Assembly (NCBI GenBank): GCA_047601445.1
Contig: JASGJH010000001.1
Span: 8,064,001 to 8,128,000, forward strand
DNA length: 64,000 nucleotides
DNA from: Myxococcales bacterium
GTDB taxonomy: Bacteria > Myxococcota_A > Polyangia > Polyangiales > DASUME01
Direction: 5' to 3'
The notes beneath the pieces were generated by a model, which worked only from the letters and a program-made list of their open reading frames with translations, searched no databases and was not told the DNA's origin. The translations under genes were made by a program, and so were the position numbers. Positions 17,840-27,078 of the stretch are shown here, piece by piece. Every line of letters begins with the position of its first letter. Position 1 is the stretch's first letter.

Positions 17840-18454
17840 CTACACCCAGGCGGCGCGCATCAGGAAGCGGTCTTGCGCTTCATTCCAGTCCGCCACCCGC
17901 ACGTAGGCCGCGCGAACACCGACGTACTTGTAGCCCGCGCGCACCACGCCGCAGAAGGCCGTGCGGAAGTAGGCGTAGCGAGGCAACGAGGCGTGACGAA
18001 TCTCGATCGTGAGATCCTTGGGGCCCACTTTGGTGAGCTCGATGCTGCCGCCCTGCAGCAGCCGATCCCACAGCACATCGAAGCGCTTGAGCAGGAGCCA
18101 CGGCGTCACGCCCATGCCGCGCGCTGCACGCGTGAGCGTTTCCATGAAGGAGCCCTGCATGCGATCGCCTACGGCCTCTCCGATGGCTACGAGCTGACTA
18201 TCCGTGAGCCGCAGGTCGTCGCAGGCCTGGTAGTGTGCGAGGGCCACGTCGAGCGGCAGCCAGGACGCTGCGATGGAGCTGAGGATGGTGTCGCGGTGCA
18301 CTGGATTCAGCAGCTCGAGGTAGAGCTCGTAGTGTCCGAGTGTCTTGAGCGTGGCCAGAGACGACTGCACCAACGTGCTGCGCACCCCGCTGGTCGGCTG
18401 GATGGGCCGCCGGTGCGGGATGATGATCTCTCGCGATTCGGGCACTGGCTGCAA
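17840..18454 (-). CDS. Hypothetical cytoplasmic protein of a myxobacterial-type family
   Basis: GC3-biased ORF with globular composition (VRSTL..S...L; SWLP...A..HY.ACD); last gene of the minus-strand ECF module. Confidence 0.65.
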   Translation of the reverse strand: MQPVPESREIIIPHRRPIQPTSGVRSTLVQSSLATLKTLGHYELYLELLNPVHRDTILSSIAASWLPLDVALAHYQACDDLRLTDSQLVAIGEAVGDRMQGSFMETLTRAARGMGVTPWLLLKRFDVLWDRLLQGGSIELTKVGPKDLTIEIRHASLPRYAYFRTAFCGVVRAGYKYVGVRAAYVRVADWNEAQDRFLMRAAWV

Positions 18455-18533
18455 CGGCTCGTCCTGCTTCGATAAGACCTCGAATTAGCTTACCCCAAGC
18501 GGCGGCCCGACATGCAACTTGCTTGTGCGCCGC

Positions 18534-18863
18534 TCAGTGAGAGTCGTCGCAAAAGCCCGCCAGGCACTGCTCTTCGCGGCGGCACTGGTCGTCGTGCAGA
18601 CATTCCACGCAGATGAAACGGCGCGGGTCGCAGAACGGGGCGTCGCGGTCGCAATCGCTGGGGTCCCAGCAGGGCATGGGCCGATCGTCGTCGTTGTCGC
18701 CCTGCTGGTCTTCATCGGGCTCGTCGCCCGCGTCGGTGCTGGCATCGGGCGTGGGCGAGCCGGCCTCGGGCGCGGCTGCGTCGGGTGCGCGTCCGAAGTA
18801 CACGGTGGGTCCGGGGCCGCAGGCGGCGAGGACGGCCAGCAAGAGCCAGCTGGAACGAATCAT
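18534..18863 (-). CDS. Small Cys-rich lipoprotein
   Basis: Lipobox LAAC; DA(S/G)-rich linker; C..D.DC....PFCD.....CVECL.D.QC. ATG overlaps the upstream stop (ATGA). Confidence 0.7.
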   Translation of the reverse strand: MIRSSWLLLAVLAACGPGPTVYFGRAPDAAAPEAGSPTPDASTDAGDEPDEDQQGDNDDDRPMPCWDPSDCDRDAPFCDPRRFICVECLHDDQCRREEQCLAGFCDDSH

Positions 18864-19804
18864 GGAGCCTCGCCTTCGCCGCATGCGTTGCGCACACGGG
18901 ACGCGAGGGCCGATGCGTTGTCGGAGGCCAAGAAGGTGGCGCGCTCCTGTCGTCCGCGCTCGCGTTGTCCAGCGCCGCACAGCGCCACCACGCGTAGCCC
19001 CGCGCGCTGATGCGAGAGGGCTCCGTGCGGGAACTCCCGGGCATGACGCTCCAGGTATGCCAGGGCTTGCTCTGCCTGCGCGTCGCGTAGCGACGAGAGG
19101 GCCTTGCGGATCAGGGCCATCTCTTCGCTGGTGTCTGGGCTCGCCACGGCGGCGGGTTGCGCTGACTCGGGCTTGGCGGGCGCGGACGGCTGGGTTGCTT
19201 GCGTGATCGCAGGTTCGGTCGAGCTGAGGACGGGTGCGGATGCCGCGCGCGTCGCGACGTTGCGAGCGGAGGTTCGCACCGGTCCTTGCCTGGAGATGCG
19301 CGCCCGCAGACGCGCGGGCTGGGGCTGCGAGTCGTGAGCGCCGAGTTGGGCGACAGGAAGTTCGAGCCGCACCTGTTCTCGTGGAGACGGCTGGACCTCC
19401 GCGCCTTGTGCGACGGGCGCGGCCGGCAGCGCGAGCTCTGTGTCTTCGGGCAACTGTACCTGGGTCTCGACTTTACGCGCCGCGACCGCAGCCGGCGCTG
19501 GCGCTGGCGCTTCTTGCGGCCACACCATCCAGGCCGCGGAACCGATCACCAAGGCGCTCCCCAACAGCCAATACTTGGCGGCCACGCCAGCCGTGCTCAG
19601 CGCCGCCGGCAGCGTGGAGGGCGTGCCAGCCGCGAGACCCTGGGCCGCTGCATGGCCCGCCTGCGTGAGCGCCGCCGTGACCACACCGACACCGATCGAT
19701 GCCTGCAGCGCCGCGAGGACTCGCTCGCGATCCTCGTCGCGCGGCTCGTGGCTGCCGCGAGCATGCTCGATCAAGACCGCGAGGTGAGGAGGTAGTTCGT
19801 TCAT
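18860..19804 (-). CDS. Putative anti-sigma factor (TM segment, Pro/Ala linker, C-terminal TPR-like domain)
   Basis: Start MNELPP overlaps the sigma stop (ATGA); EP...DRERV; TM YWLLGSALVIGSAAWMVW; EEMALIR.A..AL...HAREFP.G.L...R...RVVALC. Confidence 0.75.
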   Translation of the reverse strand: MNELPPHLAVLIEHARGSHEPRDEDRERVLAALQASIGVGVVTAALTQAGHAAAQGLAAGTPSTLPAALSTAGVAAKYWLLGSALVIGSAAWMVWPQEAPAPAPAAVAARKVETQVQLPEDTELALPAAPVAQGAEVQPSPREQVRLELPVAQLGAHDSQPQPARLRARISRQGPVRTSARNVATRAASAPVLSSTEPAITQATQPSAPAKPESAQPAAVASPDTSEEMALIRKALSSLRDAQAEQALAYLERHAREFPHGALSHQRAGLRVVALCGAGQRERGRQERATFLASDNASALASRVRNACGEGEAP

Positions 19805-20454
19805 GGCGCGGACTCCGAGCTTTGGGTTGCGCGTTGCTCGACGAACGAGGCAAAGGCCTTTCGCGCGGAGGAGACGCGGTAATAGACGGTGTTCAAGTTG
19901 GCGTTCGCGATGCGCGCCACTTCGGGAGCCGACATCTGCTCGAGCTCCACCAGGATGAACACGGTGCGCCGATCCGGATCGAGGCTCTCCAGGAATTCGA
20001 GCACCAGGTCGTTGGCCTGGCGCTGGATAGCCGTCTCGAGCGGCGTGCGCTCGCGGGCGGACATCTCGTCGTGCAGGGGCAGCAGGTTGCCCTTGCGTCG
20101 CACGCTGCGGCGGTGGTCGCTGGCGACGCGCTGCGCGATGGCATAGAGCCAGGCCTTGGGGGAGGACTCGGGCACCAGATCCGCGAAGCGTCGGTGGACG
20201 ACCACGAAGACCTCCTGGGCCGCGTCGTCGAGGGCCGACTCGGTCACGCCCAGGCGGCGTAGGGTTCGCCACACGAAGGCGAAGTGGGCGCGATAGAGCG
20301 CTTCGAACTCGAGCCCCGAGGGGGGAACCGAGCCTTCACCGCGCGCAGCCGGGTCGGCGTCCGCCAGCTGGGGGGCTCGCCCGTGGCCCTCTCCTCGAAG
20401 CGCGCCCTCGGGCGTGCGAGCAGAGAGGGGGCGGTCGCGCAAGGAAGCGTTCAC
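19801..20454 (-). CDS. ECF-family RNA polymerase sigma factor
   Basis: FE.LYR.HF.FVWR.LRRLG; DDAAQEVF; WLY.IA; region 4 VFILVELEQMS.PEVA......NTVY.R. Confidence 0.9.
   Translation of the reverse strand: MNASLRDRPLSARTPEGALRGEGHGRAPQLADADPAARGEGSVPPSGLEFEALYRAHFAFVWRTLRRLGVTESALDDAAQEVFVVVHRRFADLVPESSPKAWLYAIAQRVASDHRRSVRRKGNLLPLHDEMSARERTPLETAIQRQANDLVLEFLESLDPDRRTVFILVELEQMSAPEVARIANANLNTVYYRVSSARKAFASFVEQRATQSSESAP
20395..20425 (-). repeat. Dispersed palindromic repeat, inside the ECF sigma 5' coding region
   Basis: CTCTGCTCGCACGCCCGAGGGCGCGCTTCGA; 29/31 identical to 56770-56800. Confidence 0.8.
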
Positions 20455-20478
20455 GGGACTAAGATGGCCGAACTCGCC

Positions 20479-21490
20479 TCAATCCGTGGTGGTCAAAGCG
20501 ACGCTGAGCGCGAGAAAGAAGCGTAAACCCACGGGACCTGTGGTGTAAAACGCAGGTTCTCCCTGTAACGCGAAGCGCGGTCGTCTCAGCGGGACGCCGA
20601 GCAGGCTCGCCGCCCCCACCGTCACGCGCTCGTGCAGGCGCACGGCCAAGGTGAGTCCACCCCAGGCGCTGGCCCAAAACGCCCCCGTATCGTCGCCGCC
20701 GATGGTTCCGCTGGATCGACCGTGCAAGTAGCCGAGCTCCAGCTCGGCGCGGGGACCCCAGGAGAACCTGTCGTGATGGAGCGAGAAGCCGGCGCCCAGT
20801 GCTCCAGCCAACAAATCGATGCGAGCCTGCACCCCCGCAGGAAGCGGCGCGTCCACGTCGCGGGGCACGAGATAGCGGCCCGAGAGATCCAGGCCAAAGC
20901 CGGCATAGTGGAGGGACAGGCCGACCACTGGGCCCGCACTCGGGCGCGGCAGCGACCAGGTGTCGAGCAGCGCACCGAGCTCCGCACGCAACGTGGAGAT
21001 CATGCTGCCTGGGGATGCTGGGCTCGTCGGGTTCTTCGGGCGGCTCGGGCTCTGCGAGCGGCTCGGGATCCGGGGGGAGCGTCTCCGGGGCGAGCGTGGT
21101 GGCGGCCAGCAAGACGGCCGCTTCTTGGACCTCCGAGCAGGAGCTCAGACGAACGCGATTGGCCTGCGCGGGGTCCGCGTCCGCAAAGCGCAGCGCGAGC
21201 TCGAATGTGTGAGGCTCGAGCTCATGCACCTCGACACGAAAGACGGTGGGCGATTCCTGGGTCGTGCGGTCACCGAGTAGCTGCTCGATCTCGGCTTCGA
21301 GCTGTGCCGGACGCGGGCAGGCTGCGTCGGCTGCCCACAGGATCTGCACGCCTCGCTCGTCGGGTTGGGCGCGGGCCGAACTGCTGCCCAGCAGTAGCCA
21401 GGCCAGCAAGCCCCGCGATCCCCACGCCGCACATCGTCCTTTCCACGCGGGCAGAGCACGTCTCGAACGCGAGGCACGGGAGAGCGACAC
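20479..21490 (-). CDS. Secreted protein with C-terminal beta-strand-rich domain; frameshifted as sequenced near 21000
   Basis: N-half (signal peptide, W.A.AACP, Pro/Glu linker) lies in ORF 20459..21490; C-half (LPRPSAG, ELG.L.G, GVPL.RPRF) lies in ORF 20479..21003. One base removed gives ~336 aa. Confidence 0.65.
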
Positions 21491-21526
21491 TCCGGCGTTG
21501 CTAACATGACTGCCCGCACGTTGCCA

Positions 21527-21937
21527 TTAAACCAGACCCAACTGGTCCAACAGCGAGAGACGATCGAAGTACACGCGCTCGTGGCGAATCAGGCCGTTTT
21601 CCAGGGTGGCGTGCGCCGAGATGGTCAGCTTCAAGGGCCGGCCGGTGGGCGGGACCTGTCGATCGCCCAGCACGAGCGGACCCGAGTGGGAGCCTTCGAA
21701 CGTGGTCTCGAACACGACCTTGTCTGGGCCCGAGCAGAAGCAGCGGATGGCGACCTTCACATCGGGAAAGGCACGCCACAGGTTGTGCTCCCGCTCGAGC
21801 ATCGCGGCGCGCCCTTCGCACACGCCGTCGGGTCCCTCGTAGCGCAGGTGCTCGCTCCACAGCGCGAGCAAGGCGTGCGCGTCGCGCCCGTTGAAAGCTT
21901 CGGTGGCGAGCTCGGCGATCCGTTCCGGGGTGTGCAT
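21527..21937 (-). CDS. SnoaL-like / ester cyclase family protein
   Basis: AFN.RD; GR......AFPD; F.G.HSGPL; PPTGR; GLI..ERVYFD...LL.QLG. Confidence 0.85.
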   Translation of the reverse strand: MHTPERIAELATEAFNGRDAHALLALWSEHLRYEGPDGVCEGRAAMLEREHNLWRAFPDVKVAIRCFCSGPDKVVFETTFEGSHSGPLVLGDRQVPPTGRPLKLTISAHATLENGLIRHERVYFDRLSLLDQLGLV

Positions 21938-22046
21938 GGCAGCTCCTTGTTTTGGCTCGAGTGGCTGGACTGCATGCTAGGCCGTGCTGCAACGCTCCGG
22001 CAGGCCCAAGCGCGTTCGGAGATTCACAACCAGGAGTTCGGAATCC

Positions 22047-22954
22047 ATGGACAGGCTGCACAGCATGCGAATCTTCGTGGCGGTGGTCGACGAGGGCAGC
22101 TTCGCGGCGGTCGCCAAGCGAGAAAAGATCTCGGGCACCATGGTGGGCAAACACATCAAGCAGCTCGAGCAGCACCTGGGCGTGACCTTGCTCCAGCGCA
22201 CGACGCGAGCGCAGAGCCTCACAGAAGCCGGTCGCGTGTACCTCGCGCGGGCCCGCCAGGTGGTGTTCGACGCCGACGCCGCCGACGCCGCGGCCAGCGA
22301 GGTCCGCAGGGTGCCGCGCGGAACCTTGCGGGTAACCTCGGTGGTGACCTTCGGTACGCGACGCCTGGTGCCCGCCCTGGCGCGCTTCCTCCAGGCCTAT
22401 CCGGACATGAACGTCGACCTCGACTTGAGCGACGAGACCGTCGACTTCGTGCGCGAGGGGTACGACTTTGCTTTCCGCTTCGGGCGCAAGGAGGACCTGG
22501 GCCTGGTGGCGCGTCCGCTCATGCCCTACACGATGGCGCTGGTCGCGTCGCCGAGTTATCTGCGCGGCAAGCCACCCATCGAAGAGCCGGGGATCTCTCC
22601 CGTCACGTGTGCCTGGGGCTGCGCCAGTGGCGACAGCGCGACGCCTGGACGCTCGTGGGGCCCAAGGGAGAGTTTACCGTCAAGGTGCGCGGCTCGCTCT
22701 CGGCCAACCAGGGCATGGCGCTGCGCGCCGCGGCGCTCGCGGGGCTCGGCGTGATCATGCAGCCCGAGATGTTGCTCGAGGAAGACCTGGCGGCCGGACG
22801 CCTCGTGCGCGTGGTCCCCGCCTACGCGCCCAGGCCGCGCGTGGTGCACATGGTGTATGCGCCCGATCGACGGCTCCCGCTCAAGCACCGACGCTTCGCG
22901 GACTTCATGCTCGACAGCTGGCCGCGTCCGTCCCGCACGGCGCGCCAGGGCTAG
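22047..22954 (+). CDS. LysR-family regulator; frameshifted as sequenced at ~22590
   Basis: MDRLHSMRIF; GSF; LEQHLGV.LL.RTTR; RGTLRV. C-terminal DLSRHVCL..GLGV..GRLVRV is in the -1 frame. Adding one G to GGGG(ATC) gives ~302 aa. Divergent from the SnoaL-like gene. Confidence 0.85.
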
Positions 22955-23035
22955 ACACCGAGGCGCGCTCCGCGCTCCGGAGGCGGGTTGCACGCGGGTC
23001 CTGGCGCATGGGAAGGTGCCCGACGGAGGTGGGGC

Positions 23036-23737
23036 ATGGGCAAGCCTGTTTGTGCGGTGGTGGGCGTGGGTCCAGGCAACGGCGCGGCCTTCGCGCGGCG
23101 CTTCGCTGCGCAGGGCTATCGCGTGGCTCTCTTGGCACGCAGCACCGAGTTCAGCGCGCAGCTCGCGGGTGAGCTGTCCGAAGCCCGCGCCTATGCGTGC
23201 GACGTGAGTCGACCGGAGGCCGTTAAGAGCGCGTTCGAAGCCATCGCGCGCGAGCTAGGGCCGGTCGAGGTGCTCGTCTACAACGCGGGTTCCGGGACCT
23301 GGGGCAACGTGGAGGAGATCAGCCCAGCGCAGCTCACGCAGGCGCTCGAGATCAACACGGTGGGCCTGCTGTGCGCGGCGCAGGCAGTGATTCCCGGCAT
23401 GAAGGAGCGTCAGCGCGGCAGCATCGTGGTGATCGGGGCCACGGCGTCGCGACGCGGCGGCGCCAAGACGGCGGCCTTCGCCCCCGCCAAGGCGGCTCAG
23501 CGCAGCCTGTGCGAGTCCATGGCGCGCCATCTGGGACCGCAGGGCATCCACGTTTCGCTGATCATCATCGATGGAGTGGTCGATCTCGAGCGCACCCGCG
23601 AGCACATGAAGGGCAAGCCCGACAGCTTCTTCGTGAAGCCCGACGATGTCGCCGAGACGGCGCTCTGGTTAACGCGACAGCCGCGCTCCGCCTGGTCATT
23701 CGAGGTCGAAGCACGGCCGTTTGGCGAGACTTGGTGA
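23036..23737 (+). CDS. Short-chain dehydrogenase/reductase
   Basis: GVGPGNG; CDV; YNAG; GATASRRG; FAPAK; GIHV. RBS GGAGG. Confidence 0.9.
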   Translation: MGKPVCAVVGVGPGNGAAFARRFAAQGYRVALLARSTEFSAQLAGELSEARAYACDVSRPEAVKSAFEAIARELGPVEVLVYNAGSGTWGNVEEISPAQLTQALEINTVGLLCAAQAVIPGMKERQRGSIVVIGATASRRGGAKTAAFAPAKAAQRSLCESMARHLGPQGIHVSLIIIDGVVDLERTREHMKGKPDSFFVKPDDVAETALWLTRQPRSAWSFEVEARPFGETW

Positions 23738-23764
23738 GCGAGCACTCAGCTCGCTCGAGCTAGC

Positions 23765-26263
23765 TCACTCGACCGGGCAGACGACGGTCTCGAGCAGCTG
23801 CCTGCGGCGCGATAGCTCGGCCAGGCGACGGGGCTCACCCGTGAACTGGTCGAACACCGTCTCACCGAGCAGGAAGTTGGAGAGCTGGCTCTCCTGGCCC
23901 ACCTCGCGCGGGAACACATGCAGGAACGAGGTCTGGGTCTCGCCGCCGTGGCAGCCGTTGCAGGTGTTCAACGAGAACTTGTGACGGGCCTCGTTGTTGT
24001 TGATGCCGTCGGCACCCCACACGTCGATGTTGTTGAACACCGAGCCCGTGGCGAAGGCCTGTCCCTGGAAGGTCAGCGGCGCCTCGTGCGTCTCGGCCAG
24101 GATGCTCGCCTCGTTCTCGTTGATGAAGCTGGCGAGCAGCGGGGTGAAGTTGAGCGACTGATCCGGGGTCTGGAAGACCGTGAAAGGCTGCAGGAAGCCG
24201 GCCGGAGAGAAGCGGAACTCACGCAGCTGCCACTGGAACGAGAGCGCGATCTCGTTGGTACGGATGTCGATCAGCGCGCTGTCGTTGGGCGCGCCGGGCA
24301 AGGCCCCGCGCATGGTGAAGCGATCGGTCAGCGCCTGCAGCGCCGCGTTGTACTGCTCGGACGGGAAGGGCAGGCTCTGCAGTGCGTGGAACCCGTGGGC
24401 CCATTCGCTGAACTCCTCCTCGGTGTCGGCGGGCAGGAGGTACTCGAGGATCACGGTGAACTCGAGTGTGTTGCCGGAGGCGTCGAGCATGCCGAAGACC
24501 ATGCGACCCTCGCCGGCCTTGCCGACCGCCAGGTTCTTGAGGTCGAGGCGATTGACGATGGCGAGCAAGCGCAGCGGAGCGCGCGCCAGGTCGAGCTTGC
24601 CGTTGGCGGTGCGGGGCCACGGATTGAGCACCGTGTTGAGCATGGCGGGGCGAGACTCGATGGTGAAGCCGTTCACCGTTTGATTGGCGACGAAGCTGCG
24701 GAACATGGCGTCGGTGAGATCAGGCGCATCCTCCGGCGTGGGAGAGAGGCGCTGCATGAGCCCGCCGAACGACCATGCGCCCGTGCGCGGATCGTCCTTC
24801 GGACCGTTGAGGTTGGTGCGCACCGGGTCGTCCACCACGCTGACATCGCGGATGGTGAGGGCTCGGCTCGCGCGCACGAAGCAGCCCGTGCGATCCGCGA
24901 CCACGTACTTGGCCTGGACCGTGCCTTGCTGGTCGAAGTTGCCGTTGAACACCGAGAAGTCGAAGGTGAAGGTGTCCGGCTCGGCCTCGTCACTGCTGGT
25001 GATGTCGAACGGAAGCGAAGCGCTTTGTCCGCTCGCGATCGGGTCGCTGACGACGAAGCTGCTGCTGACGGCGCTGAGCTCGTTCGGCAGGTTCGTGATA
25101 GCGATGAAGTTCGTGGGTGCGCAGGTCGCCGTGTTGTTGTTCTTGATCGTGAGGTCGTAGTGCACGACAGTTCCGGGCTGCACGGGGTTGCTGGCCTGCG
25201 GCACCACGCTGAGCGTGGGCGCCGCTCGCAGGCAGGTAAGCCCCATGATGGTGTCGGGCTCCGCCGCCATGGTGTTGAACCAGGCGTTGTCCATGCTGCC
25301 GAAGAGTCGGCGATTGTTCATGTCGCTGCCCATGAGCAGCGGGCCTGCGCCGCGCGAGAGCACGCCAGGGGCGCTCTTGCTCTTGACCTGCTTGCCGTCG
25401 ATGTAGAGCTTGAGGTCCGTGCCGTCGTAGGTGGCGGCCACGTGAGTCCAGCGCTGGGCCTGGGCGGGTACGGCCACGTTGACCAGCTTGCCGGACGCCA
25501 GCTTGACGATGAACTGGTACTTCTTGTCCTGCACCACGAGGGCGAAGGCGCTGTTGCCGTCGTCGCGCTTGCGGAAGATGGTGCTCGTCTTGTCGACGCG
25601 ATCCAGCTTCACCCAGGCAGCCACGGTCACGCCGTCACGCAGGGAGAAGGCAGGCTGGTCGGGTACGTAGACGAGATCCTCGGCGGCCTTGAACACCGCA
25701 CCGAGTCCTTCCTGACTGTTGTTGCAGGTGGTGTCCACGCTGCGGAAGGCGGTGAAGCTCTGGTTGGAGGAGTCCTGTAGGTCGGTGCGACTGGTGTTGC
25801 AGTCGTCGAACCGCCAGAAGCCGATCGGGTCGTCCTCGCAAGAGCCGTTGTCACTGCCAGCGTCGGCCTCACCGCCACCGGGGCCCGCGTCGGGCTGCGG
25901 AAACATCACCCCACCATCCGACTTGGGTGGAACGGGCACCCCACCATCCGACGCTGCGAGCAGGGCGCCCAGCTTGGAGGAGGGCCGCTGGATGCTTCCG
26001 CCGACCGAGATCCCTGTTCCGGGCTCCACGTCGAAGTCGCCATCACCTCCCGGAAAGCCCGGAAAACCGCCTCCATTGCCGCAAAAGCGCGGCGGAGGCT
26101 CGGGCATATCCGCACTGCCCTTCAACGCGGCGGGGAGCGGCCCGTCTTCCATCAATGCGGCCAACGAGGTTCCTTCGGGGCCGGTGTTTTCGTCCGCGCC
26201 TTCCGAGCCTGCGCATGCGCCAACTGCGATCAGTCCACCAATCCAAACTTGTTTCCATGACAT
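23765..26263 (-). CDS. Lipoprotein with LamG-like domain, Ig-like segment and a C-terminal domain bearing CxxCH
   Basis: Lipobox VGAC; DGG/DAG linker; W.FD; TVAAWV; WTHVAATYDG...LYIDG; C-terminal LAIVNRLDL, RTNEIAL, NTCNGCH. Confidence 0.75.
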   Translation of the reverse strand: MSWKQVWIGGLIAVGACAGSEGADENTGPEGTSLAALMEDGPLPAALKGSADMPEPPPRFCGNGGGFPGFPGGDGDFDVEPGTGISVGGSIQRPSSKLGALLAASDGGVPVPPKSDGGVMFPQPDAGPGGGEADAGSDNGSCEDDPIGFWRFDDCNTSRTDLQDSSNQSFTAFRSVDTTCNNSQEGLGAVFKAAEDLVYVPDQPAFSLRDGVTVAAWVKLDRVDKTSTIFRKRDDGNSAFALVVQDKKYQFIVKLASGKLVNVAVPAQAQRWTHVAATYDGTDLKLYIDGKQVKSKSAPGVLSRGAGPLLMGSDMNNRRLFGSMDNAWFNTMAAEPDTIMGLTCLRAAPTLSVVPQASNPVQPGTVVHYDLTIKNNNTATCAPTNFIAITNLPNELSAVSSSFVVSDPIASGQSASLPFDITSSDEAEPDTFTFDFSVFNGNFDQQGTVQAKYVVADRTGCFVRASRALTIRDVSVVDDPVRTNLNGPKDDPRTGAWSFGGLMQRLSPTPEDAPDLTDAMFRSFVANQTVNGFTIESRPAMLNTVLNPWPRTANGKLDLARAPLRLLAIVNRLDLKNLAVGKAGEGRMVFGMLDASGNTLEFTVILEYLLPADTEEEFSEWAHGFHALQSLPFPSEQYNAALQALTDRFTMRGALPGAPNDSALIDIRTNEIALSFQWQLREFRFSPAGFLQPFTVFQTPDQSLNFTPLLASFINENEASILAETHEAPLTFQGQAFATGSVFNNIDVWGADGINNNEARHKFSLNTCNGCHGGETQTSFLHVFPREVGQESQLSNFLLGETVFDQFTGEPRRLAELSRRRQLLETVVCPVE

Positions 26264-26387
26264 GGGGAGATCTCTGCCTCTCTGTCGTCTGACGACGGCA
26301 CAACAGACAATCCGGGCGATGACGGATAGCGGGGAGGCCATCCATCGTGTGTCGTTCTGTGCCGACACACCCCTTCGCTTCCAACAA

Positions 26388-26403
26388 CGCAATTCGGATG
26401 CCA
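26388..26403 (-). promoter_or_regulatory. Putative sigma-54 promoter of the LamG/CxxCH lipoprotein gene
   Basis: Minus strand TGGCAT-CCGAA-TTGCG with exact spacing. Confidence 0.5.
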
Positions 26404-26646
26404 CACCGGTCGGACAGCACAGGTGTGCTCGCTTCTGGGCCGCAGGCGTCAGAGGTCGGCTCAGATTTCGTAGGGTGAATCAGTAAGATCCGAACAACGG
26501 GTGAAGCGTTGCCTTCACCCGAGCCCCCCGTCGCGTCCTGGTGCTCGCCGCCTCGGCAGGCAGGACGGCGGTCTGGGGTGAACCCATGCGGTATCGTTGG
26601 GGCGAAGCGAGGCTCACCCGGGGCAGGAAAAAATCGTCACCGAGCA

Positions 26647-26673
26647 TGTCGAAAGCGGAGCGCGCCCGACGAC
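26647..26673 (+). promoter_or_regulatory. Putative ECF42-type autoregulatory promoter
   Basis: TGTCGA-N17-CGAC, 39 bp upstream of the YciI/DGPF gene; matches the reported ECF42 -35 TGTCGA / -10 CG(A/T)C. Confidence 0.65.
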
Positions 26674-26712
26674 AACCCGTATCGACCCCGTCACAGAGAA
26701 GGGACTTCACCC

Positions 26713-27078
26713 ATGCGTTATGCCTGCCTGATCTACTTCGATCCCAAGAAAGTCTTCAATCAAAGCGCCGAGGCCGAGTCCGTCCTGCGCGACTCCATGG
26801 ACCCTCAAAACGAGATCCGGAGCGGCGGTCACGTGATCTCGGAGGCAGCGCTCATGCTGCCCGACCAGGCCATCACCCTGCAGATGCGCGACGGCAAGAT
26901 GTCGACCACGGACGGTCCCTTCATGGAGACCAAGGAGGTGCTCGGCGGCATCGTGGTGATCGAAGCCAAGGACCTCAACGAAGCCCTGCGCGTGGGCGCC
27001 ACCATCCCCCTGGCCCGCATCGGCTCGGTGGAGGTGCGACCGTTCGTGGACTTCAGTAAGCCTCGCCCGCGGCTATGA
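26713..27078 (+). CDS. YciI/DGPF family protein
   Basis: MRYACLIY; TDGPFMETKEVLGG; GSVEVRP. Confidence 0.92.
   Translation: MRYACLIYFDPKKVFNQSAEAESVLRDSMDPQNEIRSGGHVISEAALMLPDQAITLQMRDGKMSTTDGPFMETKEVLGGIVVIEAKDLNEALRVGATIPLARIGSVEVRPFVDFSKPRPRL

Noticed and set aside
23918..25780. Long antisense or alternative-frame ORFs (e.g. 620 aa here; also 12980..14626, 50694..52169, 10376..11839)
   Set aside because: Shadow ORFs of high-GC coding DNA that overlap well-supported genes and show no recognisable motifs.
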